A stretch of 64,000 bases of DNA from Alphaproteobacteria bacterium (GCA_024280375.1 JAJRQF010000054.1:1877-65876); one strand, 5' to 3'; counted from the stretch's first letter, positions 9,728 to 19,514 are shown. Program-made: numbers and translations. The notes: generated by a model from the sequence alone, not told the origin.

Positions 9728-10459
9728 TTAAGTTTTCTTCCCGTAGAGGGAAAAGAACTGTTGGGTCGCTATTCCAGCTTCCCTAGTGATTTGAGCCTCA
9801 TTCAGCGATATTTCCTCGCCCAATAAAACCCGAATTTGAATATCCCGGACAACCAACCCGAAAAAGCAGCTGAACGCTTCTTCGCCGTTGTCAAAAGCCA
9901 GATGGCCAGCATCGCGGCCCATGACAAGCACAGGCAACAGACGCCGCCGCATGGCAAAGGGGCCATTTTGCAAAACAATAGTGCCAAGATCGGAAGATGC
10001 ACTCCCCGCATGGGAAATCGCCATCCGGTTAAGCGCAATTGAAATGTCGCCGGTTAAAACCGTTAGCCAATCTTGCGCAAACCGTTCCAGCGCGCCAATC
10101 AAAGTCGCCTCATCCAGCGTATCGCCGTCGATTGACGAAATGCGCACCTTTGAGGCCTGCCATGGAACGGTCGCGGTTAACAGACCTTGCCGGTCGCCAA
10201 ACCATTTATACAGCGTTTCCTTCGAACAACTGGCGCTTTTCGCCACCCGCTCCATGGTCAGCGCACCATCGTCGCGAACCATCAAATCCAAAACAGCCGA
10301 AAGCACCTCCTGCTGGCGTTTGGAGAATTTGGCCTCGCTGGCCTCGCTGGCTTCAACGAATTCACTAGGTTCAATGACCTTGCTCACCTCGTTGGCCCTT
10401 GCCTTGCTGGCCTCACCGATCTCACTGGCCTCAACATTGATTTGTGCTTTCGACATCAT
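9728..10459 (-). CDS. TetR/AcrR family regulator with ~45-aa acidic N-terminal extension
   Basis: HTH region LTMERVAKSASCSKETLYKWFGDRQGLL. The N-terminus carries EASE-type repeats, and there is no internal start before the HTH. Confidence 0.8.
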   Translation of the reverse strand: MMSKAQINVEASEIGEASKARANEVSKVIEPSEFVEASEASEAKFSKRQQEVLSAVLDLMVRDDGALTMERVAKSASCSKETLYKWFGDRQGLLTATVPWQASKVRISSIDGDTLDEATLIGALERFAQDWLTVLTGDISIALNRMAISHAGSASSDLGTIVLQNGPFAMRRRLLPVLVMGRDAGHLAFDNGEEAFSCFFGLVVRDIQIRVLLGEEISLNEAQITREAGIATQQFFSLYGKKT

Positions 10460-10473
10460 ACAATTTCCCGCAA

Positions 10474-10492
10474 GAACCGTACGGTACGGTTC
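10474..10492. promoter_or_regulatory. 19-bp palindrome, candidate TetR operator
   Basis: GAACCGTAC-G-GTACGGTTC has perfect 9-bp arms and lies 15 nt upstream of the TetR start codon. Confidence 0.5.
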
Positions 10493-10786
10493 GGCCGCAC
10501 GCTATAGCAGCAGAATATTTAGCGCAAGAAAATTCTTCGTCCGGGCTTCATTTTCTACAAAGTACAAAAATACCATTTGAAGCCAATGTCATGAATTGAA
10601 TCATATTAAAATCCGGGTGCTTGAACAATAGCAGAGATGGCAATAATGACCCCAAGCAATCATCTACCTCTATTCAAGATCACTCATTGTTGCCTGTTAT
10701 TCAATTCTAGAAAAGTATAGAATTTGACTTGGAGAGTCGAACCAGTAAAATTACCCACCAAACATAAAACCAAAAGGTAGATATCG

Positions 10787-11692
10787 TTGCATATACCATT
10801 AAGAAATATTGCGTTAAATTTTTGGATTGTCTGTCTTGGTTTGGCGATATTATTCCCTGTGCCAGTCGTGTATTCTAAGGAAAAACTGGTTGGAATATCG
10901 CTCAAGGGGAAAGTACCGGTAAAGCTGGGAAAAGACCTTGGTTTCGGTAAAAAATACCGTTTGAGCATGGCAAACAATTTTCAACGATGGGGTGTTCAAA
11001 AAGTATCTAGCAAAAAGGGTTTCCCAGTTAGGCTGGGCGACATCAGCTTGAGATTTGAGACCAGAGAAGGTGTATGCGGTTGGGATGGCAAAGTCTGGAA
11101 TGATTGTAAGAACGGAAGATCCAGACACGAACTTAGCACAGCGGTGTACAGCAATGATCCTTGGAATAGGGAGCGATGGTATGCATTGAGCTTGTATTTG
11201 CCAAAGGGCTTCAAGACCACCAAAAGGATCGGGACAACCCTTTTCCAATTTCTGGCTGGCGGTAAACCCAACTGGTCATTCAAGTATCACACTGGTGAGG
11301 GATTATTTGTCCAGCGCGAATTTAAATACGCAAGAACCCACCTAATTCCACCATCTGCAACTTTGAATCGCTGGAATGATTTTGTTATTCGCATTAAACA
11401 CTCAAAGAAAAAAAACGGCGCGCTAACTGTATGGATCAATGGAAAACGAGCATTTACACTTAAGGGCGCAACAGCCAAGAACGTTAGAACAAGAACAAAA
11501 CCCTATTTCAAATTTGGTATCTACAACACTGGGTTTGGATCAAATGGTGCGCCTATCAATGGAAGAGGATTTTCAAACGGAAAAGGACTGCCCAATCTCG
11601 TCTCATATTTTGACGAAGTAAGAGCTGGGAAGTCTTGCAAATCCTTGAAACTCGCCGATTTGGGTTATGATTGCGTCAACCTATCAAAGTAA
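10787..11692 (+). CDS. Secreted polysaccharide-lyase-like protein (heparin-lyase-I-like / PF14099-like concanavalin fold)
   Basis: TTG start and signal peptide. Motifs RSRHELS, WNDFVIRIKHS…GALTVWINGK and PYFKFGIYN match the family pattern. The segment is AT-rich. Confidence 0.55.
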   Translation: MHIPLRNIALNFWIVCLGLAILFPVPVVYSKEKLVGISLKGKVPVKLGKDLGFGKKYRLSMANNFQRWGVQKVSSKKGFPVRLGDISLRFETREGVCGWDGKVWNDCKNGRSRHELSTAVYSNDPWNRERWYALSLYLPKGFKTTKRIGTTLFQFLAGGKPNWSFKYHTGEGLFVQREFKYARTHLIPPSATLNRWNDFVIRIKHSKKKNGALTVWINGKRAFTLKGATAKNVRTRTKPYFKFGIYNTGFGSNGAPINGRGFSNGKGLPNLVSYFDEVRAGKSCKSLKLADLGYDCVNLSK

Positions 11693-11737
11693 CGCGCAGC
11701 CAGCCTTATCTAATTCATTACACGCCAATGGGCATTT

Positions 11738-11761
11738 AATTATGGTGACAGTTTACTAAAT
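11738..11761. repeat. Inverted copy of the TTTAGTAAAC-N-GTCACC-R-TAATT motif
   Basis: The reverse complement ATTTAGTAAACTGTCACCATAATT matches 60723-60746 at 23 of 24 positions. Confidence 0.6.
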
Positions 11762-11766
11762 ATCCA

Positions 11767-12507
11767 CTACTGCCCAAGCGCCGCCAAATAGCGTTTAACC
11801 GCTTCGGCCATGCCAAATTCAAGCGCTTCGGCAGTTAGCCCGTGCCCAATTGAGACTTCGGCCAGATTGGGAATACGCTTAACCAAGGGTGGCAGGTTGG
11901 CAACCGTCAAATCATGGCCGGCATTCAGCCCAAGCCCGGCAGCAGTTGCCGCATCCGCCGTCTTCCCCAAAAGTTCAAGCTCACGCGCCGCCCCATCAGG
12001 ATCATCATACATCGCCGCATAAGGCCCGGTATAAAGTTCAATTCGGTCTGCTCCCGTATCCGCTGCCCATTTGACCTGTTCTGCATCCGCATCAGCAAAT
12101 AATGCAACCCGCTTTCCCGATTGATTCAATCTCGCAACAATCGGCTTTAAATAGTTGTGATGCCTGGCAAAATCCCATCCGTGATCAGATGTTGCCTGGC
12201 TGGGATCATCCGGCACCAACGTCACCTGTTCTGGTTCGACCGCCTCACAAAGCTGCAAAAACTCATCGGTTGGATAGCCTTCAATATTAAACTCAACGCC
12301 GGGAAATTCATCATCAATCAGCGCCCGGATTTCCGGCACGTCACTGCGCCGGATATGGCGTTCATCGGGCCGGGGATGAACGGTCAGCCCGTGTGCGCCG
12401 GCCATAAGCGCAATACGTCCAAGCCCAACCACACTTGGCCAGGGCAAATCACGACGATTGCGCAATTGGGCGACTGCATTAAGGTTGACAGAGAGCATTG
12501 TTTTCAT
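11767..12507 (-). CDS. pdxJ: Pyridoxine 5'-phosphate synthase
   Basis: [15 protein letters not shown]…HPRPDERH motifs. Start set at Met32 of the ORF. Confidence 0.93.
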   Translation of the reverse strand: MKTMLSVNLNAVAQLRNRRDLPWPSVVGLGRIALMAGAHGLTVHPRPDERHIRRSDVPEIRALIDDEFPGVEFNIEGYPTDEFLQLCEAVEPEQVTLVPDDPSQATSDHGWDFARHHNYLKPIVARLNQSGKRVALFADADAEQVKWAADTGADRIELYTGPYAAMYDDPDGAARELELLGKTADAATAAGLGLNAGHDLTVANLPPLVKRIPNLAEVSIGHGLTAEALEFGMAEAVKRYLAALGQ

Positions 12508-12602
12508 AATCGACCAATAGCGAAGCAATTGAACTTTGACAAATAAAAGATAGTGATATGGTTCATAATGATGCTTGATAGGTTGAGAAAGGAAAAACAA
12601 TA

Positions 12603-13478
12603 TTGCTCGAAAACCAGTTTAATCCATTCAGCAATTTTGCTGCCCCCTTTACAATTGGTCTGCAATTGCTGGATGAAAATGTTGTTTTTCAACCGGACCA
12701 GAAATTTGAGAAATATCTGGCAGAAAAACAATCATTATTAAAAAACATTCCAGATGAAGTATTTCAGGCAGAGGCAGACACGCTGGATGCCCAAAATGAA
12801 GTGCTGGATTTCGTTTTGAAACACACCCAAAACCAGCGTCAAGCATCCATCCAATGCCCAATTAGCCACAACACCTATAACCGTGCTGATTATGCAGATC
12901 GCCCGCTAATGCTGGCCTCCCTGCTGGTTCAGGATGATCTGGTAATTATGCGTCGCAAGGCCAACAACTGGCATTTGGTGGCCGCTTCGCTTTGCTTTCC
13001 CTCAACATGGAACCTTGCAGAAAAATTTGGCAAACCATTGTCGGAGGTCCACCGCCCAGTGCCGGGCATAAACGACCGGCTCGACCCGATGATCAACCGT
13101 ATTTTCAACAACCTCCAACCGGATACGCCCGTATGGCGTGAGAATTGGTCGTTTTATGGCGATGATAATTTGAGGCATGATTCAGCCGAATCCAACCGGC
13201 AGGCAAAAGCTGAGCATGCAATTCTGGAAAACAACGCGTTTATCCGCCGGGAATATCAAACCCTGCACAAACTGCCAAAAAGCAAAGATATTTTGTTTAC
13301 AATCAAGATCCTGATAGAGCCACTTGAGATAATCGCACGCCAGAAAAACCCGGCCAAAATTGCATCCCTGCTGCTCGAGCAAATTGATTCAATGAACAAA
13401 GCCCAATTGCAATATAAGGGGTTGGACAAAAATCTGATCTATTTACGAAATTACCTTCGCCCATTGTCCAAAATCTGA
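12603..13478 (+). CDS. DUF3445 protein (haem-dependent oxidative N-demethylase alpha-like family)
   Basis: LVQDDLVIM…[14 protein letters not shown]…HRPVPG…RENWSF pattern. Non-ATG (TTG) start in the track. Confidence 0.7.
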   Translation: MLENQFNPFSNFAAPFTIGLQLLDENVVFQPDQKFEKYLAEKQSLLKNIPDEVFQAEADTLDAQNEVLDFVLKHTQNQRQASIQCPISHNTYNRADYADRPLMLASLLVQDDLVIMRRKANNWHLVAASLCFPSTWNLAEKFGKPLSEVHRPVPGINDRLDPMINRIFNNLQPDTPVWRENWSFYGDDNLRHDSAESNRQAKAEHAILENNAFIRREYQTLHKLPKSKDILFTIKILIEPLEIIARQKNPAKIASLLLEQIDSMNKAQLQYKGLDKNLIYLRNYLRPLSKI

Positions 13479-13499
13479 CTTGTGAACACAAGATGGCGC

Positions 13500-13601
13500 C
13501 AGGCTCAATTTTCATCAGGCTCAATTTTCATCAGGCTCAATTTTCAACAGGCTCAATTTTCAACAGGCCCAATTTGCATCAGGTTCAATTATACTCAGGT
13601 C
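13500..13601. repeat. 16-bp tandem repeat, about 6 copies
   Basis: CAGGCTCAATTTTCAT x2, CAGGCTCAATTTTCAA x2, CAGGCCCAATTTGCAT, CAGGTTCAATTATACT, contiguous, followed by a partial unit. Confidence 0.9.
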
Positions 13602-13924
13602 TGCGGATCGTCGTTGACCTTCGGTCCCTCCTGCCAGGAATGGCCTGCCGCCATGATACATGTCATGCCATTTGTCATGGTCATCATGACGGTCCATGAT
13701 CCCTTTTTCGATGCATAAATTTCCATGGCAATTTTGTTCGCAGAAGAAAGGCCCAGCGCCCGTGGCGTTTCATTGTATTTTTCGATCAGCACCTTGATCA
13801 TTGAGGCACGTTTGCCGCATTTACGATATTGCGCCTGCGATGAAAATGTCGTCGCGGCCAATATTGCCAATGCAGCCAACACACTTGTGCTGAATTTACT
13901 GATTACCCTGATATTAGATCTCAT
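13595..13924 (-). CDS. Small secreted protein, unknown function
   Basis: 109 aa with a signal peptide (…TTFSSQA) and two Cys. No family recognised. Confidence 0.5.
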   Translation of the reverse strand: MRSNIRVISKFSTSVLAALAILAATTFSSQAQYRKCGKRASMIKVLIEKYNETPRALGLSSANKIAMEIYASKKGSWTVMMTMTNGMTCIMAAGHSWQEGPKVNDDPQT

Positions 13925-14116
13925 AATCGCTCCATTCCCAGCCGCTAACGGTTGAATCGAGCGTTTAAAAAAGTCGCACCCGTTTCAAACGGTCAACAGC
14001 TGAACAGTTCCGTTCCGCTCATTGCGTTACTCCACTTCCCCTGATCGATTAAGCCTGCGCTCGTATGGTTAACAAACCTATAATTCGGCCAATTGGCGAT
14101 GTAACAATATTGGCAA

Positions 14117-16051
14117 TCAAGCCAGCAGCATCGCATCTTGTTCAGCGCTGAACTCGCGCTCAACAATCTCCGCCATCCAAAGGTCTATCTTTTTCTCAAG
14201 CACTTCCGGGCTCACGGGTTTCGTGATATAATCATCCATGCCCGCATCAAGACATTTTTGCCGATCGCCTTTTACAGCATGAGCGGTTACCGCAATTATA
14301 GGAGCGCCGACCATATATTCATTTTCGCGCTCCATCTTTCTAATTGCCCGGCAGGCTTCGTGCCCATTCATTATAGGCATTGAAATATCCATAAGGATCA
14401 ATTTTGGTCGATACAGTTTGTAATATTCAACAGCCTGTGCCCCATCACTGGCAATTTTAAAACGCCAGTTGGTTGCTTGAAGAATTTGTGTGAATACAAT
14501 TTGATTTACATCGTTATCCTCAGCCACAAGAACATCAATCCGTTCATTTGCCGTATTTTCCACCAGGCATTCACCTGCATTGCCAAATTCGTCAATAAAC
14601 AGGCTATCATAATCGGCATCGGTTACCTTTTTTCGCCCCCTCAATGCCATTGACAATTGGTAGTGAAGTTGAGATGAGCGAACCGGTTTTGCGAGAAAGG
14701 ATGTAATGTTAAGGGCTTCAAATGATTGCTCGGCTCCCGCTTCATCCACTGAACTCAAAATGATAATAGGCAAATCGGCCAAATGGGTATCCAACCGGAT
14801 TTCTTTTGCAACATCCCCGCCCGACATAATGGGCATTTGATGATCCAATAGAACCAGATTGTAACCTTTGCCAGCATCTTTGGCGCAAGTTAAAAGCGTC
14901 ATCGCATCCAGGCCATTGGCTGCCTCATCGACAATAATTCCCCACTGGGTCAACTGCTCTACTAAAATTGACCGGTTTACCGAACTATCGTCCACGATCA
15001 GCACTTTAGAGCCAGCAATATCGAAATTGGCCATTTGCTTTTTTACGCCATCGCCATGAACCGGAAACTTTATGTCCACCCAAAACGTAGAGCCATCGCC
15101 CAATTTGCTATCAACCCCAATTCGACCATTCATCAGTTTGACCAATGATGATGAAATAGATAACCCCAGCCCTGCTCCACTGTGCAAGCGGGTTGCGGAA
15201 GTGTCTGCCTGGGTAAATTTTTCAAATATCGTATTGCAATTTTCAGCCGATATACCAATTCCGGTATCCTCAACAGAAATGGTCAGTTCAAATTTGCTGC
15301 CATTATCGACGAAGGTCCCGGAAACATCGACCAACACATAACCAATTTCAGTAAACTTAATAGCGTTTCGCAACAGGTTTATCAAAATCTGCCCAAGTCG
15401 CACCTTGTCGCCAACAATTTGAACTGGAATGTCTGGCGATATTCGAACAATTAGTTCAATCGATTTCTGCTCAAACTGAGGTGCAAAAAATTGCACCGTA
15501 TCTTCAACAACATCGGCCAGGTTAAATGGAGCAGGATCGAGCATAAGTTGATCTGATTCAATTTTTGAAAAATCAAGCAGGTCATTAACAATCATCAGCA
15601 AAGATATGCTGGAGTTTTGAATTACCTCAGCAAACATTTTTTGTTTTTCGTTTAACTCTGAATTGACCATCAATTCGGCCATTCCCATCACACCATTCAA
15701 TGGCGTTCTAATTTCATGGGACATATTTGCAATAAATGCAGATTTGGCAATATCAGCTTTTTTCGCCCGTTTTTCGGCCCTTTTTAAAACTGTATTCATG
15801 CTGATCAGCTGATCCCGCTGAACAAGAAAATAGATGATAATCGGGTAGGCACAAAAAAATGTCAGGGCAACAGCGATACCAACATCGTTATAAAACCGGT
15901 ACATTTCATTTTGCACGTAAAGGCCAAGCGTCGTTAATGATATAACGACGATTTGAATGGCAAATACGATAGCTGTCGCGACAACCAACATCTTCTTCAT
16001 GGCCAAATTATCCGAAAATTCCTGCTGGTCGGAATTATACGAAATCAACAT
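14117..16051 (-). CDS. Hybrid sensor histidine kinase with two receiver domains
   Basis: Two N-terminal TM segments, the H-box SHEIRTPLNGV, an HATPase region (GTGIGIS…GAGLGLSI), and two REC domains (VLIVDD…; VLVAEDN…DISMP). Confidence 0.9.
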   Translation of the reverse strand: MLISYNSDQQEFSDNLAMKKMLVVATAIVFAIQIVVISLTTLGLYVQNEMYRFYNDVGIAVALTFFCAYPIIIYFLVQRDQLISMNTVLKRAEKRAKKADIAKSAFIANMSHEIRTPLNGVMGMAELMVNSELNEKQKMFAEVIQNSSISLLMIVNDLLDFSKIESDQLMLDPAPFNLADVVEDTVQFFAPQFEQKSIELIVRISPDIPVQIVGDKVRLGQILINLLRNAIKFTEIGYVLVDVSGTFVDNGSKFELTISVEDTGIGISAENCNTIFEKFTQADTSATRLHSGAGLGLSISSSLVKLMNGRIGVDSKLGDGSTFWVDIKFPVHGDGVKKQMANFDIAGSKVLIVDDSSVNRSILVEQLTQWGIIVDEAANGLDAMTLLTCAKDAGKGYNLVLLDHQMPIMSGGDVAKEIRLDTHLADLPIIILSSVDEAGAEQSFEALNITSFLAKPVRSSQLHYQLSMALRGRKKVTDADYDSLFIDEFGNAGECLVENTANERIDVLVAEDNDVNQIVFTQILQATNWRFKIASDGAQAVEYYKLYRPKLILMDISMPIMNGHEACRAIRKMERENEYMVGAPIIAVTAHAVKGDRQKCLDAGMDDYITKPVSPEVLEKKIDLWMAEIVEREFSAEQDAMLLA

Positions 16052-16086
16052 TAATTTTCAGTTATGCAAATGAACAAATGTCAAAC

Positions 16087-17211
16087 TTACTTAACAATAG
16101 TGATTTTTACCGCCGCACGGGTAATCGCAGTGTAGAGCCAGCGTTGCGCATGTTCGCGAAAAGCCCAACTTTCATCGAACAGATAAACACTGTCCCATTG
16201 CGACCCCTGAGACTTGTGAACAGTCAGAGCATAGCCATAGTCAAAATCGTCATGGCGTCGTTTCAACTGCCAGGGAATTTCTTCCAAAGGGTTTTCAAAC
16301 CCCGCCTTCAAAACCTTGATCTTGGCGCTAACCTGATCCATCCCGTCATCTTCTGATCGAATGAGCAGGCTCATCGCCGGTTTCGATGATTGCGGCGCCG
16401 ACATTACCTGCCAGAGCGAGCCATTCAGCAACCCCTTGGCCGGGTCATTTCTAAGCGCCACCAGTTTATCACCCGATGCCGGTAACGGCCCCTGAAAGCC
16501 TTTCAAATCGCGCAATCGCTGATTAAACAGCCGCCGGGTTTTATTTGTCCCCACCAAAACCTGATCGGCCTCAAGCACTTCGCTTTGATCAACTTCGGCA
16601 CGGCGAATTTTCTTGCTTGATCCATAGGCACCAAAATCAATGTCGCGGCCCTCACGCACACTTTGCGCAAGGTCAATAATTGGATTATCACGCGCCTGCC
16701 GATGAATATTCTCAAGCAGAATATCAGGCTCGTGATCAGTAAAAAAACCGCCACCGGATACGGGCGGCAATTGTCCCGGATCACCCAAAACCAGAACCGG
16801 TGTGCCAAAGGACAAAAGGTCTTTCCCCAAGGCCTCGTCGACCATCGAACATTCATCAATGATAATCAGCGATGCACGCGCCAACGGGCTTTGCCGGTTC
16901 AAGGTAAACAATGGCGTCATCGAGGATTTGCCCGTATCCTCGTTCTCCACCATTTCCTCGCCACGCGGGCGATAAATCAGTGAATGAATGGTGCTGGCTT
17001 TTTTGGCACCCTTGGAACGCAACACCATCGCCGCCTTGCCGGTAAAGGCTGCAAACAGCACTTCGCCATCAATGCCTTCGGCCAAATGCTTAGCCAAAGT
17101 GGTCTTTCCGGTTCCCGCATAGCCAAACAGCCGGAAAACCTGCGGAAAACCCTGTTTCAACCAGCGCGATACGGCCAGCAATGCATCATCTTGTTCAGGA
17201 GAAAAATTCAT
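16087..17211 (-). CDS. SF1B RecD/Dda-like ATP-dependent DNA helicase (short, single-polypeptide)
   Basis: Walker A GYAGTGKTT, Walker B IIIDECSMV, and the C-terminal YALTVHKSQGSQW motif. Start set at Met11. Confidence 0.8.
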   Translation of the reverse strand: MNFSPEQDDALLAVSRWLKQGFPQVFRLFGYAGTGKTTLAKHLAEGIDGEVLFAAFTGKAAMVLRSKGAKKASTIHSLIYRPRGEEMVENEDTGKSSMTPLFTLNRQSPLARASLIIIDECSMVDEALGKDLLSFGTPVLVLGDPGQLPPVSGGGFFTDHEPDILLENIHRQARDNPIIDLAQSVREGRDIDFGAYGSSKKIRRAEVDQSEVLEADQVLVGTNKTRRLFNQRLRDLKGFQGPLPASGDKLVALRNDPAKGLLNGSLWQVMSAPQSSKPAMSLLIRSEDDGMDQVSAKIKVLKAGFENPLEEIPWQLKRRHDDFDYGYALTVHKSQGSQWDSVYLFDESWAFREHAQRWLYTAITRAAVKITIVK

Positions 17212-17491
17212 GCAACTGCATAACGGATTCGCTAGCCACACGGCAATGATTCATTTGCAAAGCGAATCAATAAAATATGGGTAAACCGCGTCTCAAAAAA
17301 AGAAGACCAAAATTTTGCAAACCCTCCATACAATTTTACGGTTTTAAAGAGCATTGACTTGCAAAAATACAACACTCGATTCCAAATTCTTGCAACATGT
17401 GGATATTAATAAAAACCAACCCCGCCTGCCCCATTTTGGTTGCATTGCTTAAATTATAATTTGCCATGGGGGGTAGTTGAAAGGTTGTATC

Positions 17492-17926
17492 ATGTCATCA
17501 ACGATGTTCGTTAAATTCCTCACCATAATTGCCCTTGGAACACTCGCCGCCTGTCAGAGTTCTTCTGACCCCCAGCCCCAAATACTGGCCTCGGCAGTGC
17601 CCGACACCCGCATGGAATCACTTTCGAATATGAATGAGGAATTTTACCTCAATGCCGCCATGGCAGGTGTTATTGGTGATGAGTGCCCAACAATGGTGTT
17701 TGATAAAAAACTATATGTAAAACTCGAAAAAGCTCATATTGAAAAACACGGCGTAAAAAAAGTTTCGGAAGAGCGTAAGGCTGTGAACAAAGAACTTGGC
17801 AGCTATTTTGAAAGTTTCCGCCAACGGCACGGAATAAACAATAATAAAAGCGAGCTTTGCATTGCCGGAATGCGCGAAATTGCCGAGCAAACCCCATTGA
17901 GCCTATTGCTTACAACGTCTGCCTGA
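17492..17926 (+). CDS. Lipoprotein, unknown function
   Basis: Lipobox LAAC after a hydrophobic signal. Start set at Met6. Confidence 0.55.
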   Translation: MSSTMFVKFLTIIALGTLAACQSSSDPQPQILASAVPDTRMESLSNMNEEFYLNAAMAGVIGDECPTMVFDKKLYVKLEKAHIEKHGVKKVSEERKAVNKELGSYFESFRQRHGINNNKSELCIAGMREIAEQTPLSLLLTTSA

Positions 17927-18016
17927 ATAGTTACCCTGTATAAATACAGCTTGTCTCCTAAAAGCATGCCCTCGGACTTGATCCGTTGGTGGGCACCGGT
18001 TTTAGACACTTTCATG

Positions 18017-18166
18017 TTTACATGGAAGCAGGCTGGCCACAAAGAGTGGCCCGGTGCTTATGCACCGCTCCCGCGGAGGCTCGGGCACAGCTCAAGTTGC
18101 ACGTTGAGCAACGCGAAGCGCAAAACTTGAGCCATTAGAATAGCCCGATTAGCCGTGAGCGAAAAC
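18017..18166. repeat. Intergenic repeat family, copy B (related to 996..1092)
   Basis: Same modules as copy A, with extra sequence between the CAGCTCAAG and GCCGTGAGCGAAAAC modules. Confidence 0.7.
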
Positions 18167-18191
18167 ATTAAGATCACCGCATTAAAACTCA

Positions 18192-18845
18192 TCAAACGTG
18201 AGTTTTGGCGTGCAGACGATCTTTCGTGTCCAAATGTGGCGTTGCACCGAACTGAACCAAGCGCAAGCCATCTTCGCCCACTGAAAATTTGTGAACAGAT
18301 GTATGCATAATGCTCAAAAATATTTGGCATTTTTGAGCAAAGTCGAGCCCTAGCGCCATTGAAACAAGTGTTGAAATAACGCCCGTAGAAGTCACCAGCA
18401 CCGCCGGTTGTTGGACTTCAGCCACATCGCGCAAAGCAGCCATTATCCGCCCGCGAAATTCATCATAGCTTTCAAGATCAGAATGCACCTCGCCCTTTTG
18501 CCAAACCTCAAGCAATTGGGGAAAATGGGCTGTAAAAGAGGCTAGGTCCGTTGGAATTTCTGCGCCGTGACTTTCCTTCAGACTATTGGCAAGGCCAAAA
18601 TAGTCGAGCTCGTTCAATCGCGCGTCCTGATCATGCGGAATGTCTTCCAACGCCAGAGACTGCGCCGTTTGTATCTGCCGCCGCATGGTTCCAGATAATA
18701 GCCGTTCATATTGATGATAGGGGCGAAGGTGATCGCCCAACCATCCGGCCTGCTGAAAACCAAGCTCACTTAGCTGGTCATAGCTTGCCTCGTCTGTTGC
18801 GCCAGATTGTGCCTGCCCGTGCCGAATTAAGGTAATTTCTGTCAT
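18192..18845 (-). CDS. Histidine phosphatase (phosphoglycerate-mutase-like) family protein
   Basis: The LIRHGQ catalytic motif is near the N-terminus. Start set at Met10. Confidence 0.8.
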   Translation of the reverse strand: MTEITLIRHGQAQSGATDEASYDQLSELGFQQAGWLGDHLRPYHQYERLLSGTMRRQIQTAQSLALEDIPHDQDARLNELDYFGLANSLKESHGAEIPTDLASFTAHFPQLLEVWQKGEVHSDLESYDEFRGRIMAALRDVAEVQQPAVLVTSTGVISTLVSMALGLDFAQKCQIFLSIMHTSVHKFSVGEDGLRLVQFGATPHLDTKDRLHAKTHV

Positions 18846-18937
18846 AAATATTTTGCCGATTCTAAAATTCAAACACCAAAATACTCTAAAATGAGGCTCC
18901 CGTCATAGGCCCACATGCAGAATAATTACCGTACCCC

Positions 18938-19510
18938 TCACATGCCCTTGGGGCCGCGGTTCATTGCAGCAATACCTGTGCGGCATACGCCAACCAGACC
19001 AAGCGGTTTCATAATTGAGATGAACTGCTCAATTTTCGAGGATCTGCCGGTAATCTCAAATACAAAATGCTCAATATTAGCATCGACCACCTGGGCTCGA
19101 AATGCTTCTGCAAGGCGCAGGGCTTCCACCCTTTTTTCGCCAGTACCAGAAACTTTCACCATCGCCAACTCACGCTCAAGTGGCTTGTCAAATCCGGCCT
19201 CAACAGAATAAGTGGTTAAATCCAGCACCTTGTGCACCGGCACCATGCGTTCCAGCTGTGCCTTTATTTGTTCAAGCACATGCGGCGTTCCGGTGGTAAC
19301 GATGGTAATGCGCGAAATATGACGTTCATGCTGGGTTTCTGAAACCGTGAGGCTGTCGATATTGTAGCCACGACCGGAAAACAGACCGATTACCCGCGCA
19401 AGAACGCCTGGTTCGTTATCCACCAGCACAGATAGCGTATGAGTTTCGGGTGTTTCCGATTCTTTGACAATAAAATAAGCCGAGCCGGATGGTAATTTAT
19501 CGGTGTTCAT
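18938..19510 (-). CDS. ilvH: Acetolactate synthase small (regulatory) subunit
   Basis: ACT domain HTLSVLVDNEPGVLARVIGLFSGRGYNIDSLTV plus the C-terminal ALS_ss_C region. Confidence 0.95.
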   Translation of the reverse strand: MNTDKLPSGSAYFIVKESETPETHTLSVLVDNEPGVLARVIGLFSGRGYNIDSLTVSETQHERHISRITIVTTGTPHVLEQIKAQLERMVPVHKVLDLTTYSVEAGFDKPLERELAMVKVSGTGEKRVEALRLAEAFRAQVVDANIEHFVFEITGRSSKIEQFISIMKPLGLVGVCRTGIAAMNRGPKGM

Positions 19511-19514
19511 AATC

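Noticed and set aside
9888-10580. Long antisense or overlapping ORFs (for example 9888..10580, 38981..39490, 47043..47669, 50290..50946, 52350..53060, 55057..55806)
   Set aside because: All lie opposite or out of frame to genes with strong family signatures and have low-complexity or Arg/Ser/Pro-rich translations typical of shadow ORFs.
13500-13601. Possible CRISPR array
   Set aside because: The units are contiguous 16-mers with no spacers, far shorter than CRISPR repeats, and there are no cas genes in the window.
13482-13718. 78-aa and 68-aa plus-strand ORFs with repetitive QAQFS…IFIRLNF sequence
   Set aside because: They are generated by reading through the 16-bp tandem repeat and overlap the better-supported minus-strand secreted-protein gene.
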